A stretch of DNA of 63,780 nucleotides, filler included, from Octopus bimaculoides (GCF_001194135.2; 9 parts of 7 records of this genome joined end to end with filler, not necessarily neighbours in it); one strand, 5' to 3'; counted from the whole stretch's first letter, positions 24,950 to 40,500 are shown. Notes: generated by a model from the sequence alone, not told the origin. Numbers and translations are program-made.

Positions 24950-25900
24950 GTAAGTCTAGTACCAGCTACAACAAGAATTGAGTGCATATGCGGACAGTTG
25001 AGCATGCAAGACTGCAATGCATCCCAAATAATAAGCTTCAGATTAATGAAGCAGTTCAGAGGTTCTACATTGGAGTTGTCCTCAATAAAGCTTTATATGC
25101 AAAATTTATATGAATTAAAATCGTGTGTATTGGAAATGCAGAAGTTCTTGACGGCAGAGAAGTAAAATTTGAACTTGCAATAATCGCTCTAGCAATTTTT
25201 AAACTTGTGCTTGTTATGTGACTTGGATTTACATATTCTAATTTAGATCACGATGTTTAGTAAGTTATGGCATCGGGACATTCCAAGGATGTTCAAGTAT
25301 CTAACGGTGTTTAGAAGTATAAATCCAAGATTTTGTTTTAGCGGAAGTGTAAGAAAGTCTTACGGTATTCTTGCTCTGGCACTGTGTTATTTGCTTAAAT
25401 ATTGGTATGGCTAAGTCGTCTATTTTAACATCACCACCTGGAAATGCAAGTGTTTTAACGCGGATATCTTTCTTACACGTATTGAGTCTAGGTGACCGTT
25501 TTAAGGATAACCTACACAACTCCCGAAGGCCTAACAGCTAATCATGAACAGTCTTCCGTCGTGAGAGAAGGTTAAATAAAAGCAACTACAGATGATTTGA
25601 AGGCAATAACTCAACAATTGAGAAGGATAACTTAAATAAATGCGAACTTCGTTTCACCAAAGGAAATGCTCAAATCTTCTCCAATGCATTAATTTATTGA
25701 AACATTTCAGAGCTTTCCAAGCTTTTGGGGTTCAACTTGAAACTTTAAAAATTCTCCGTCGTGTGTAAAAAATATACGCTCAGATCTATGTCATTTTTTT
25801 TAATACCCATAGACAGCTTCCTCCTGCACATAAGAGTTTTTCCAAGTTTGCTTCCTGGCGAGAGCATTTGAAGATAGATATCATTTTAGACCAACGACAG
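24950..25900 (-). mobile_element. Possible very old Penelope-like relic
   Basis: Minus-strand KNTVRLSYTSAKT resembles the PLE RT/EN linker motif RNT(V/I)KxSYSC. A weak YVQEE..SMG resemblance to the RT YxQxxGxxMG motif lies upstream. Only two short motifs support this. Confidence 0.35.
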
Positions 25901-26616
25901 TCAAATTGAGATGAACAAAGCACATATCTACAAAGCTTAATTGAACTGATATTTTGCGAAGCATTCTCTGTCAAGCGATGCACATATCTCTCTCTCATTC
26001 TCTCACTCTCTCTCTCAAAATGTGTGTGTGCGTGTGTGCGCGTGTTCGTGCCTGTCTCTGTGTGTCTGTACAGTTTCCATCTATCACATTCATTTACAAT
26101 GTAGTCGGCAGTCTGGGTCTATAGTAGTACCAGCGATGGGCAGGAATCTGAAATCACGTGTCTGCAAAACCAGATTCTTTACCACACAGTCTTGTTTCAG
26201 CCTATGTTGAAAGACAAAGCTACAAGGCACCATGTCATATTCCGACAGAACTGTTTTATTGGACTGAAATATTATGAATTGTGCTAGCGATTTGTACAAC
26301 AGTAGTTCCCAAAAACTTTTGATCGTTCTCGTTGGATCAAACTCGAACAAGAAAAGAAGAAACATTCATAATTTTCAAAATTGTCTTTACTAATGCACTA
26401 TTCGAGGTTAAGATTCAAACTCCTGATTTCAGTTTATCGACAAAAAGATAGCCGAAAAATATCCACCATTAAAATGTTTGTAGGGTAACAACCTTAGATA
26501 AAAATTTTGATTTCTCTAAATACACTATTTATATGTACATATACGTATACACGCACATCCATATGTCTGTGTATATATATACATATATAAATATGTGCAC
26601 GCATGTATCTACAGTT

Positions 26617-26676
<60 letters not shown>

Positions 26677-27239
26677 GTGTGTGTGGGTGTGTGTGTTTGA
26701 GTAGTTGCAGGAGAAATACGTGTGAGGAGTATAATTGAAGTAATCCCTTGCCATATCGCGGTTCACCTATCCTCCCGTCAGTACATCACGAAATTGTTTT
26801 CTGATTTCGCTCTACGTCTTTCAAATTATTATCTGTTAAGTATTATATCATTGTTTCGTACTCTTGCAACATCTTTGGGAGTAAAAATTGAATTGGCCAG
26901 CATAGTTACTCTTGTTGAAAGAGTTTAAAACAGCTGACAAACAGTAATACTCAATGTATATGTGAATATACGAGGATTTTACATATTGATCTAAACACTG
27001 GTTTACAGAAACTCAACACAGTCAAGATAACTCGACTTGATTGCATGATATTAAAATCCACAAATTACATATGGTTTCCACAAAACTGTGATTAGGTTCA
27101 ATATAGATAATATTGCTCACATTATCGGCATTCTTCAAGAAATACATAAGCATTGCAAAAAATCTTGACTTTAAAATAAGATTATCGAACAAATAATTAA
27201 TATAATCAAGTATTAAGAGACAAGACTGATCCAACTGCA

Positions 27240-28950
27240 TCTAAAGTACCGGAATTTAACCCGAATTCCACAGTATCATCTTCAATGCCAACCCCTCTAT
27301 AAGTCTTGTATGTCCCTCAAGCTTGAACTTAGGACCAATTAATAAATAAATACATGAAATCATTCTTAAAATAAATGAAAAAGTCCATTAGTGAAAACAT
27401 TGCTGAAATACTTAGTTGGTTTAGCACACTTGAAAGAATAACAAAAGAGAAAAAAAGTTCATTCTTTATACAATTTTATATCAATAACTATTATGCTTCT
27501 GTTTTACTAATTTTTCTCCACAAATCTTTGATATTTGCTCCTAAAGTCTAGCATATTTTTAAAAAGCTATCAACATTATAATTTCAGTGAGTTAAATTTC
27601 AATCCAGCTTAATAGAGACTTATGGATTAGCAGCACAAAGAAAAACTCACCTGATGGGCTCATCGGACTTTGCGCAAGTAATCAAACTTTGGTTGAACTT
27701 TTTTCTTATTTCTTTATTGGCCACAATGGGCTAAACATATAGGGGACAGACAAAGGGATTAAATCGATTACATCGACCCCAGTGCGTAACTGGTACTTAA
27801 TTTATCAACCCCGAAAGGATGAAAGGCAAAGTCGACCTCGGCAGAATTTGAACTCAGAACGCAACGGCAGACGAAATACCGCTGAACATTTCGACCGGCG
27901 TGCTAACGCTTATGCCAGCTCGCCGCCTTAATTTTCGTTGAACTCTTTCTGTTACAGGAACGTTAAACTTATTTCGTAGAACTTGGTGGGGGTTTATATG
28001 TCGATGACGCATTAACAGCAATAAACAGTTAATCGTTCAGACCCTGAGAGACAACGTATAAACTAGTAAACTTCTTTAAAATTATTATCTCATTGGCTCT
28101 TTCCGTTTCGATGATAGAAAGGTAAATTTTCTGGATGTTAATCTAGATTTGAAAGTCGCAAAGATTCTATCCATAAAAGAAATCTATAAGAAATCTATAA
28201 GAAATATTTCTTTTAGAATATCTAAGCGATCTTTCAGCGAGACAATACTTAATGAAATTTAATAATAACTATGTTCTGATGAAATGTGGTTTTGAAGGTA
28301 AGATCCAGTTTATTACATTCTACACACATAGAAGAAGCAGTAATATACCACACGTTTTTAACGCTCCAAACGTACAAGTATTACAAATAAACGAGAAAAA
28401 ATGGTACTGCTAGTATGAAAGCATTTAATGTAATTAACCAGCATAATACTGTAATTATCAGTATATCTACGAATAAACATTGTTAAAACCCTGATATTAT
28501 TAAGATAGAAGCCAATGATTTTACAATTATTTAGATTTTTTTAAAAATAAAACTAACGAACGAAATTATCGAAATTAAATCTTTAGAGAATGAATACCTA
28601 CGTAAGTATTAAGTTAAAAGCTGTTAAAATATAAAACATGCACAATATCCCTATAAAATGGTGGAATACAACAGCAACAACTCGCAGAATCCAAAAGTTA
28701 AAATTCTAACTTAAAATGTAGATTAAGAATTAAATTAATCCAGCTTGACATATCTGAGATTGAATAATCTAGCAATTCATATCCAGATAGACCGACGAAG
28801 GAGATTTGCTATACACTTCACCTAAAAATATATAGCATTCTCGAAAAAGGAAAGGAAATATCAAAACGGTATAAAGGGACGTAACATTGTTTAATGCACC
28901 CCGTGCAAAAACAAAAAAAAAAGAAAAGCAAAACGAAACTTACACCAAAT
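27240..28950 (+). mobile_element. Penelope-like element RT relic, heavily decayed, interrupted by a SINE
   Basis: Ordered PLE-RT-like motifs: WFSTLERI..FIQFYINNYYASV, LMGSSDFAQV, GLYVDDAL, KVNFLDVNLDL, ISFRISKRS..CGF. Confidence 0.75.
27705..27930 (-). mobile_element. SINE family A, full length, tail type 1, with target-site duplication
   Basis: Close to the family consensus; flanked by TTTGGTTGAACTTTTT (27688-27703) and TTTCGTTGAACTCTTT (27933-27948), 14/16 identical. Confidence 0.9.
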
Positions 28951-29168
28951 ATAGGGATACCTACAAACTTATTTAATATATGAGACAGGACATAGGTTCC
29001 AAAGCACCAAATATCATTGTATTTTAATAAATATAGAGTCCATTATCCTCTTCTGCAAGACTTTATATTGCTGATATTATAGAATACTCTAATAACTATA
29101 AAATGAATAATTACAAGAACAAAAATATTGTAACATTCAAACTTACTTAAAAAATAAGTTCGCAATAC

Positions 29169-29372
29169 TGGTTTCAATTTGTAGCACAAGTCCAGCAATG
29201 TCGGTGAAGGGGATAAGTCGAATGAACCGACTCAATTGGTACTCATTTCATCGAACATGAAAGGATGAAGGGTAAAGTCGATCCTGGCGGAATTTGAACT
29301 CAGGATGTAATGACGGATAAAACTCAGGATGTAATGCCCCACGTACCACCGATTCTACCGGCTCACCGCCTT
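29169..29372 (-). mobile_element. SINE family A, tail type 2
   Basis: Family A core and head; internal 16-bp duplication AACTCAGGATGTAATG (29297-29312 and 29321-29336). Confidence 0.8.
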
Positions 29373-30171
29373 TTGGATGAGTTCGTAGTATTGGTTTCAG
29401 ATTTTGGCAGAAAGTTTGCAATTTCCGTATATTACCACCGCATTGTCACCAACTCATTGACAAATAAATGACAGGTGGATTAAAGTTTAATATTCCTTAA
29501 ATGTCATAAAGAATCATTAAATAATGTAAAGCATATGAGATGTGTGTTATATAAACTGCAGGAGGAGATACAATGAGATGATGTGACCGCAACACATAAC
29601 TGCCGATGTACAATAGGCGACTTTTCGTAAATTTATGTTAACATACTGTGGTATTTTGGCTTACTTCCAATATTTTATTGTATCTTATTCGTAACAATTA
29701 ATTTACTAAGCGAATTTATGCTCATACGGCTTCCTATGCGTGATACGGCCGCATTAGACCCAGAGCAATTTTCTGGTATATTTATACGCCAGCAAATATG
29801 GTATATTCCTTCCGTAGATTTAAACTTTATAGCTTACGGTCGTCCTTAGTAAAATACTACCCAGTATATACATATAAAGACTTGCTAAATAAATGTTGAA
29901 TAACATTACTTTTTTCTCATATCATAAAAAGGATACGTATATGCATATGTTCTAAATTTTCTTTTTTAATATGATATATATTAAAATTTCGCTTGGGCAT
30001 TGCAATATTAATAACCTGGTGATAGAACTCGATGTACATATGCATGAATACGAGTTTTCAGCGGAGTACAGAACGTTTATAAGAAATCGGGAGGACAAGG
30101 GAATAAATAATTATACTATGAACTTCATAAGCTTACAGCTGATTCTGTTATAAGGCGAAATGCATTCACAG

Positions 30172-30258
<87 letters not shown>

Positions 30259-31157
30259 CATATATTTGGATTTATGTAAACCAGTGGTAACAACAAACAT
30301 TTCCTTTAGTAAAGCAAGCTACAAACCATATAGCAAACTAATACGTAGGAGTCTGATGTATTGGCCTATGCAGTTGAAATCCAGCAAATCCAACCAGTGA
30401 AGATAACTTTATGAGGAGTATATAGAATATAAAAAAAGTTAAGGGGTGCGAGATGAACATATTCATTTTACCAGTTAATATTCATAAGATGACGGCCGTT
30501 TCGCAGCCAACATCATGCAAAAATAAGTTATTATAGAGTATTATAAATCATTCTACATGACCGCACTAGTGCGTATGCTACAAACTGCATAGTACTTTTG
30601 CACATTTTACAAACGAATGACTACAAAGACGGCTAGACGTCAGATCAAAACAATATATTTGCGGCTATCGCTAATCTCTGTAAATCCCATAGCAAATAAA
30701 AATATATTAGCACCCTGTGTAATAGTTCTCTTCATATAAAAGAATAAAAGACCTCCATATATTGAATTGTTTGAAACTTGCACTGTCATAAACCATGCAC
30801 TGCCATTGATCATCCTTAGCAAACCATTGTCTCCAGATCTGTCTCTGATTTGGCCCCACTAATGAAGTGGCACTTGCTGTTGAAACCGATGTCGAGCTAG
30901 TGCCTTTAAAATTAATAACAGTATTTCACTTACCCTAGATTTCTGCTCTGTCGACTATACCTAAGCCGCTAGCTGCCTACTGGTCTGCTATGCTATGAAG
31001 CTTGAAAGGGCCCCCTTTTGTAATATTGTGGGAAATTATTCCCGAAAACTCTATTTCATGCATTGATTTATTTACATAGGTTTATATGTATCCGACAACA
31101 CTAAAGATATATACAAAAGTTTAAGAAAACCTATATTAGAAATGCACTTACTCTCTT

Positions 31158-31230
<73 letters not shown>

Positions 31231-32171
31231 TATTTGTGTATGCGTGTGTTTGCTTGTATTTATTTTTTTCGCCTCTCTCCCAATATCTATGTATGTGTGC
31301 ATATGTGTGTATACATGTACGTACGAACCATTATATTGATGTAACGTCTTGCATGGAGAGAAGAAGTGTGTGCGAGAGAATGCTCCGATGGATAATTCAC
31401 GTCTAAATGAGTTTGAATTTATTTGTTATTCGTTTTTGTTGCATTTTAAACTTGACGTAATTTTCATTCACGTAGCTTAGACGTTCGGTAAACAAGAAAA
31501 ATCAATTTACGTTATTTTGCCGACGTCACTTGTTAAACCTGTCTCTATTGAGTCAGGAATGAATATTTTGCATATTAGATGGATTGAATTGAAACATTTT
31601 ATACATATATTTTCAGTTACTGTGTAGGTACACAAGAATACATACATGTATAACTACATAAGTGTGTTTGTGTGCGTTCGCGCGCGTGTGTGTGTGTGTG
31701 TGTAATATGTATGTATGTATGTATGTATGCATGTATGCATGGGTGTGTGTGTGTGTGTGTGTGTGTGTATGTATTTATGCAAAAGCTTATACGTAGTTAT
31801 TTTCTCGCTTTTCTTTGCTTTTGAAATGAATACACAACGCTGGTCCAACTATGAATAACTTTCCATTCAACTCTAAAGAGATTATTATATATATGTGTGT
31901 GTATATATGTTTGTGCGCGCGTGTGTGTGTGTGCGTGTGTGTGTATTCAAATACATATTAATATATTTAACAATGTTTAGTGATTCTCTGCAAATAGTTG
32001 CTACAGACTATTTTTATTTCCATGATGCCACCTGCTTATATCTAAGTATGTATAGTTCTCCTATATACCTATTCATACAGTTATCTTTGTTGCAAAATAC
32101 ATCCTAGTATGCCAACATATATTTAGTTAGCTACCTTCTCTTCTCTCTTTCCCTCGCTCTCCCCTCGCTCT

Positions 32172-32209
<38 letters not shown>

Positions 32210-32259
32210 CACACACACACACACTCATATCTATATATAGATAAATATACGCACACACA

Positions 32260-32296
<37 letters not shown>

Positions 32297-32301
32297 CTCC
32301 C

Positions 32302-32332
<31 letters not shown>

Positions 32333-33334
32333 ATGTATATATGGATTTCCAAAACAAATTTTTTTAGCTCGACATTAATTAAAGTTTCGAAGAACTCCTC
32401 CGCAAACGACATGCTCACACGTACTGTTAGGACTATACAAGGTATACACCCGTGAGTGTATACATCTTGATACACAAATATGCATATGTAGGCTCAAGAT
32501 CATAAGCCTCCATACACACAATCATTTACACTTGCTCATAGACCCACCCACACGCACGCACATTCAAGGAGCCTCACACCCACAATAATAAATACAATAT
32601 ATACACAAATTTAGACCTATCCCACGTAGGCAAGCACAAGGACACAAACATTCATACGTGAAAACATAGTCCACTGACGAACCATACATGCACACACATA
32701 CATAAGCGTTCACACACGTACACTCACACTTGCATTGTCAGGCATATGACACACATGCACCCACCAAACACACCATCAGTCGTACACACAAATTAGCCCG
32801 ATGCAAATATATACGCACACAGGCTACCTGATACACACGCTGTAATATTTGCGTGCACACACAAATATATACACAACCACGCAAGCTCATAACATACACA
32901 TACTTACTCTCGAAACTATTGATTTAGTAAAGGTTCTATCTGCAATGGTAACTAGCAAGGGTTATATCCTATTTTATTTACCAAGACTTCACCGATCTCA
33001 CATTTGTACGCATCTACAGTGCGTGTGTGTATGTATGTGTGCGCCTGTATGAGAAAAGGAGAAAGAGAGAGATAGAGAGGGATAGAGAGGGAGAGAGACC
33101 TGGTGGGCCGCTCTTACGATCACCCACACACTCATACACGCGTATACAGATACACACGCAAGCATAAACACACAGGAGCGCACGTATATGCACACACATT
33201 CAGCCACACACATACAGGTATGCATACATACGCAGCACACACAATCTTACGCATTCCAGCAGCGGCTCCACAATATTAATCCTCATGAAAATGATCTCAT
33301 CACAATATTATGAAACTGAAATCCACTTCCATAT

Positions 33335-33430
33335 TTATATAGACCAACACATATATAGACCAACACATATATAGACCAACACATATATAGACCAACACAT
33401 ATATAGACCAACACATATGTAGACCAACAC
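33335..33430. repeat. 16-bp minisatellite, 6 copies
   Basis: ATATATAGACCAACAC repeated six times. Confidence 0.95.
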
Positions 33431-34432
33431 ATATACACATGTATACAACTACATACAAAATGTATGTAGCGCAGTTTCTCGTAACCNNNNNNNNNNNNNN
33501 NNNNNNNNNNNNNNNNNNNNNNNNNNNNNNNNNNNNNNNNNNNNNNNNNNNNNNNNNNNNNNNNNNNNNNNNNNNNNNNNNNNNNNNNNNNNNNNNNNNN
33601 NNNNNNNNNNNNNNNNNNNNNNNNNNNNNNNNNNNNNNNNNNNNNNNNNNNNNNNNNNNNNNNNNNNNNNNNNNNNNNNNNNNNNNNNNNNNNNNNNNNN
33701 NNNNNNNNNNNNNNNNNNNNNNNNNNNNNNNNNNNNNNNNNNNNNNNNNNNNNNNNNNNNNNNNNNNNNNNNNNNNNNNNNNNNNNNNNNNNNNNNNNNN
33801 NNNNNNNNNNNNNNNNNNNNNNNNNNNNNNNNNNNNNNNNNNNNNNNNNNNNNNNNNNNNNNNNNNNNNNNNNNNNNNNNNNNNNNNNNNNNNNNNNNNN
33901 NNNNNNNNNNNNNNNNNNNNNNNNNNNNNNNNNNNNNNNNNNNNNNNNNNNNNNNNNNNNNNNNNNNNNNNNNNNNNNNNNNNNNNNNNNNNNNNNNNNN
34001 NNNNNNNNNNNNNNNNNNNNNNNNNNNNNNNNNNNNNNNNNNNNNNNNNNNNNNNNNNNNNNNNNNNNNNNNNNNNNNNNNNNNNNNNNNNNNNNNNNNN
34101 NNNNNNNNNNNNNNNNNNNNNNNNNNNNNNNNNNNNNNNNNNNNNNNNNNNNNNNNNNNNNNNNNNNNNNNNNNNNNNNNNNNNNNNNNNNNNNNNNNNN
34201 NNNNNNNNNNNNNNNNNNNNNNNNNNNNNNNNNNNNNNNNNNNNNNNNNNNNNNNNNNNNNNNNNNNNNNNNNNNNNNNNNNNNNNNNNNNNNNNNNNNN
34301 NNNNNNNNNNNNNNNNNNNNNNNNNNNNNNNNNNNNNNNNNNNNNNNNNNNNNNNNNNNNNNNNNNNNNNNNNNNNNNNNNNNNNNNNNNNNNNNNNNNN
34401 NNNNNNNNNNNNNNNNNATATATATATATATA

Positions 34433-34590
34433 CGATGGCTTCTTTCAGTTTCCGTCTACCAAATCCATTCACAAATATTTGATGGGCCCGAGGCTATAGA
34501 AGACACTTGCCCAAAATACCATGCAGTGGGGCTGAACCAGGAACCGTGTAGTTGGGAAGCAAGCTTCTTCCCACACACCCACGCCTACGC
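34433..34590 (-). mobile_element. SINE family B head
   Basis: TTCAGTTTCCGTCTACCAAATCCA..GAAGACACTTGCCCAA..GCAGTGGGGCTGAACCAGGAACC..GGGAAGCAAGCTTCTT. Confidence 0.85.
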
Positions 34591-37500
34591 CTACGGCTAC
34601 AAATGTTAAGATTAGTAATCGCTGATAATCTTTTTCTAGTGTTCATGCATTGACAGCATAATATATACTACACGACAACAACACAATTCAAGAAAATATT
34701 TCAGTTTACAAATGCGTCGTTACGAAGCTTCAGTAAGATACGCAATAGTAAACTCGTCTTACACCTGGAATTAATGCTTAATGTGCAAAAACATTGCATA
34801 CCATAATCATCCGGTCTAATCTAAACGTAGTACTGCAACCGATTCTCTCAGAAATCCTACTCAAGTACCATCTCCACCCAAAATCCAGCAGCATATCTGT
34901 CTATCGTTCTCTCGTTATTCACAATGTTCCTAAACCTCAATTCCACGAACGAACATTCTCTTTCACTGGGTACTGATTAGAACGTCATCTACCTTATGTC
35001 TTCAAACTGAACATAAAGTGTGTACATCTCACTGTTCAAGGATAGTTACTGAAAGTTATAGACTCAGGAACTTCTTCTTCAGCAAACTATACAAGTATTC
35101 AGTATAAGTATTAATTAAATTTCTTATATTTTAAATCAATAAATCAATTCAAACCATCATTCTCACATATTGGCTTAGCTTAAATTTATTTAACTATAAT
35201 CCTCTTCGATAGAAACGGAGATATACGTTCACCAGGCCGTCTTCTATCGTCTGACTGCTCGGATGAATTTTTATTTTTTTCTGTTATTTCACACTATTCC
35301 TGTATTGTCTGCTGGCTACATACAAAGCATTAATATCAAGTATTAAGAAATACTTGCAATATCATTCAACTGAATTTTATTTCAATAATTTCACAACATA
35401 ATCTTATAAACTCAGATCTTCAAAACATTCGATATCTACTAACAACTAATTCGCATGTTTGACATGAATACATATCTTGTTTCACAGCAGAATACAATCT
35501 ATAACATCTTAACTCAATCTTATAGTTACATGCAGTATCTTGAATGAATATTTTATTTTATCAACTAAATTCCTGATTCTTTATTCGAATATCGTCCAAC
35601 TTTGTCAAAGACTACTGTTTGAAAAAGAATGTTGTTGAATTATTGAATGCATGTAAAGAACTTGTTGTTCAAACGTCATAAGATATCAATAGTTATCTCT
35701 TTTAAATGTAATATAAAGAAAATGCGCTTAGAATATTCGTTATAATTTGACTAGGAAGACCTCAGCAGATTTTTATCTGATCACAACTACTTTTAAACCA
35801 AATTATTATAACCACATACCGTTGCAAATTGAGCCTTATTCCATACTTTAGAGGTTATGATGTGCATTCATATAATAATTTGACCCGTATCATTTCTAAT
35901 GCGATAAATATACATATAACACTGCACATATGCACATCGAAAAATCTTTTAAGTCAGTAAATAATATGAAGAACTTCTGTTTTTCTATTTAAACTTCTTA
36001 AAGTACACAAAAGCAGCTAAAAAATAATATTTTCTTCTTGAAATGATTTATGCTTTGTTACAAAATTCGTTATTTGCAGCTAATTTTCCATGGCTACAAA
36101 ATGAAAGGAAAAATTAATTTTGGATATTTATTATGCCGTTTATGACCAAGTTCAAAGATAATTAAAGCAGTACAAATGAATTTTCTGGTTAATATTTATT
36201 GAATTTCAGTACAAATTACAAATATATGAATTTCCTATTTACAGAGAAGTGAAAAGTGTTTATACAAAAGGAAAACAGTAGCATTCCCTAAATCACGGAC
36301 ACGTTACTTTCCTGAGAATGTTACCGCAATATGAAATTCCATTCCATATTAAATAGAAATAAATGTGCAAGTCAAAGAGAATATACGTTTCGCGCTAAGA
36401 AATTTATAGTGGACAAGATTTTTATGAAGACTACGCTTCCGTACTGCGGAATGAGCTTGCACCGTAACAGCTAATCTTTTATGCAGTACAGCATACACAA
36501 ATATATGATATTGAGGACTTTGTTTTATATTTTGAACGCAAATGTATCAAATTATTAGAAAGGAAAATGTTTGTGTTTTCTCTTTTATTTGTATTTACGT
36601 GAGAAATGTTAAATTCGTACTCAAAATATCAACATTTTGGAAGAAGGTTATATACCTTTATTTATGATATCAAGCTATGTGATAGTACATAACAATTTAA
36701 AATTTCAAGGAGGGTGAAAGCAAACAATATAATTTTTTTTCGTAATAAATTTATTGTAATCAAGCGATTAAGCGGGATGACGTGAAATCCGGTTCCCTAA
36801 AATTTAAATGGTGGAGAAAACGTGATTCGTTTTCACTAGAACTGAAAACATCTTTTCAACGTATAACGCTGATACTTATTTTCTTGACCAAATAGAATTC
36901 ATTTGATCGGGAAAAATTGATTATTTGAATCAAACAAGATGAAATGAAAATTAAAATGGAATTTGTAAGCTACTTGGATGTCTCAGAGGTGACGTATTTA
37001 TATACAGCCTAATCTTATATTTTAGAGGCATAAGATTTTCAATGCAATAGAAAATCTAGTAAAGTTTGGAATCAAACGTTTGAGGGACTGCCTCTGAAGA
37101 AGTATGAAGTTTGTAGTTCTGAACATTTCTCTTTATGCATTTACAAGAAAGTCATTTACAACAATGACTTCGAATTCATTCAAGAGGAAAATTCTGAATA
37201 GTTAGACTTTATACTCTTTGCAATAAGCAAAATTAATACTTGATGAAATTTCCTTCCATTACGAAACATCTTAAGATATATGTAATGCTTAGTGCAGGTT
37301 TCCATTGATTTAACGGTCTCTTGTAGAGGACGGAATGTTTAAGTATTAAGATAAGATAATTATGAAGAGAAATATAGCTAATTGTATATTGAGAATTCTT
37401 AAGTGTCATACATTATATAAAATAAGAATGTCTTTGGTGGTTACAATCTAGATTCAGTTCCAGTGCAGGTTCCCATTATTTCGCAAACTGTAAGTCGGCT

Positions 37501-40500
37501 GAATGAGCGGTTCCATATAGATATTTCCTATGGTTTGTCGATGGGTATTTTTCCGACCAGGAGTATCATAGTTTTGTTATTATACAGTGTACCAATTTTT
37601 TTTTCTGCGAAGACGGATGGAATGTAATTCGGGAAGGGACGTAGTTACACTTTCTACTTGGTTATCAACTACATACTGTTTGCTTCGTCGGTTTGTTAGC
37701 TTGTAACCGACATTTCTCCTCAGTAATTTGGAAACGAACATTCGATGTGATGAGAGCATGATGATGAAAGCATAAATAATACGTTCCTGCATTCCGGCAA
37801 TATATACACTGGTTTAAATTTCAGAAACTTATACTCTAGAAAATCAATAGGATGTTCCTATGCATATTACTGTTTCACTATTGTGTACTAAAATAGTAGA
37901 CACGAAGTTCAAGCACATAATATACGAACATACAAGAACATATTCTTTAGTTTAAATAGCAGCACAATTATAGAGTCGACAGTGTTTTCTAGTTACTTCT
38001 CTTTCCTTAAATATATTTAAATATCATATTACGATGATTGCATTGGACGTAATTCTGTTTTATTTGACATTAGCATTTAAAAATATAAATATTTAAAACG
38101 TAACAGGGTAGATATCAACAAATTTTACTGGCAAAATCAAGCAGAATATTTTAATGTAATAGAGACAATGTAAACAATCGAACAGGTGTGCTCTTTGATA
38201 ATTTTGTGAACGATGATATTAATTTGTTCAGAATTACAATATTATTACTAATATTCTTAATATATTTCTGATACTGCACATTTAAACCTAATAAAAAATA
38301 TAATGTTCAAAAATTTCATTCATAAAAAAAAATTTAAGTCTTTGGTAATTCTATTGAATGATTTCACTAAAATAAGAATCAAAACTGAAGACGACGAGTC
38401 GTACAGTAAAAATAAAAATGAAATAATTCATGGATCGATTACTTGTGTGGAAGAGTAAACTATATTTATTAAAAGACCAGACGATGATATTTTTAAATAT
38501 GATCAATGAATATTTTATATCCAAATTATCCAACTTCAAAACATTTTCATTTCAATAGCCTGGTTGCTGAAATGTCAGCACTGAAATTGACATTTATTTG
38601 ACTGTAAATAATAAAAAAAATAACCAATTACTAACGCACGACTTAGATATTTTGTGTATAAGGACCTTGAAGATAAAAAAAAAAGGCTTTAGAGCTTTAG
38701 ATTAATCTGTGAAATAAGATACTATAACATTTATGTCACTCTCAACTGCTTTAACGAAAAAGAAGGCTGAAGAACCATGTATCCAGCAGTGAAACAAAAT
38801 GAGTTATATGTCATACAACACACATGTACACGAAACACTTGTCAATGGTCTATAGCGGGTTTAGTAGAAACTCAATGGCTTGTCATTACTTATCGTTTTT
38901 AGGAGCATAGCTGTCATGTTCAATCTCTTAATATTTATGTCTTCTAATCAATTGCAGTCAGAAAATTCCAGTCGAATGAATGGTAAACTTATTTCTACAA
39001 ACTTGACAGCTTATAAGAGACGTTACTAAATACTGTATTATTATTTCGCCATTTAAGAAAGAAGATTGCTCTATATTAGTTACTAAGGTCAATCAATGGT
39101 TTTATTGTAGGTATTCCGATTTATATGCCTCAGTAGTGTATTTGAAATCGTAATGAACGTAATATATTCCCTAGTTTATTCATTTCTGGAGTCAATACGG
39201 ATTCGGAGATCAATGAATGAAAATATTTTAGGATAAAATCGTCCGCAACATAAAATAGAGAAATGAATGCAAATGGCGTCACGCATGATTCATTCAAAAC
39301 GCGCTGTGAACAATCTCCAAAGATTCTGTTGGTCCAATTACGAACACTATTGAATATACAAATTGATAAATTATTTATCAATTGTTTTTGATATAGTCTC
39401 GTAAGCGAAATCATAATATTGGTTGTTCGCTGTTTTGACTTCAGACGAATAAGGAAACTAGTCATACTGTTCATTGATTATCAAAGAGCATTTACAACGT
39501 AAGTGAATTAAGATAAATCTATCCAAGCTCGATGAAGGCGATTAACTCTAGTCTGGAGTGTTTGTCACAGAAATCTATAGAAAATTGGAATATTAATTAT
39601 TTACTCCAGAAATATGTATATCGATAATTTTCTGCGCTTTCGACCTTAAACAAGGAAAGTGTAGTAAATCGATGTCCACATATGACATAGGGAAATATAG
39701 GGTTAATACGTTTAAACAAACTCTAGATATAAAACATAGAGTAAAGCATGTGACATTGAGAAAACATGAATTAAGAGAGACCATTTTAAAAACATTTAAT
39801 ACTGATTGTTGATGTCAATTCACTTCGGTATAATTACATCAGTATTTACTCTGAATCGATTCAATTAAACGTTTGCTTGTCTCTTGTTCATTCTTCTGGC
39901 TGAAGACAACAGACAATTTTTGGATCACGAAAGAACGCATGATCTAGGATTCAAAAAAAAAATTTAAAAAGGGGAGAAAAATTAAGAAAGGAAAGCATGG
40001 ATGTCGGCAAAAAAGCAACTACCTGAATTCATGATTGTGTGTGATATTAGAAAAGGTAATTATATAAATGTACCAATACATATTCTGGATTACTATATGT
40101 TCAAACATATTTGAATGTTACACACATATAATTATGAATACACATGCGAAAATATGTATTATGTTGATAGTGTGTATGAATATCTTCATATACATGCACT
40201 GTTGCGTGTATTCATTACTTAATATCTCTTGTTATTTATTATTTAGAGTACATGACTATCACATAAATGTCGATATTGCATGCAATTGAAACAGTGCTAA
40301 TTTACCAGTCAGTAGTTGCAGCAAGATTTCATAGATGCTTTGCGTATCTGAAGAATTTCATAAAAAAAAAAACTCTTGTTAAGCAATAATTGCATCAGTC
40401 ACAAAAAGAACGTTGTTCACTGATTTATTTGAACATTTCTACTACTACATTATTGTATTCTTTCTTATAACGAATTAGAAAATTTTCACGAATAAATTTT

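Noticed and set aside
25800-25980. IFCEAFS on the plus strand, resembling the hAT dimerisation motif
   Set aside because: A single short motif; the opposite-strand PLE-like reading explains the region at least as well.
30485-30530. Minus-strand GAAACGGCCGTC, reminiscent of PLE hammerhead 3' halves
   Set aside because: No CUGANGA box or helix I partner found.
30640-30910. Two overlapping open minus-strand frames, one with GDNGLLRMING (papain-like GDNGYF resemblance)
   Set aside because: The match is too weak, and the only nearby donor/acceptor pair gives a 29-nt intron.
39130-39474. 114-aa minus-strand ORF
   Set aside because: No recognisable motif or splice support; cannot be distinguished from a chance ORF in AT-rich DNA.
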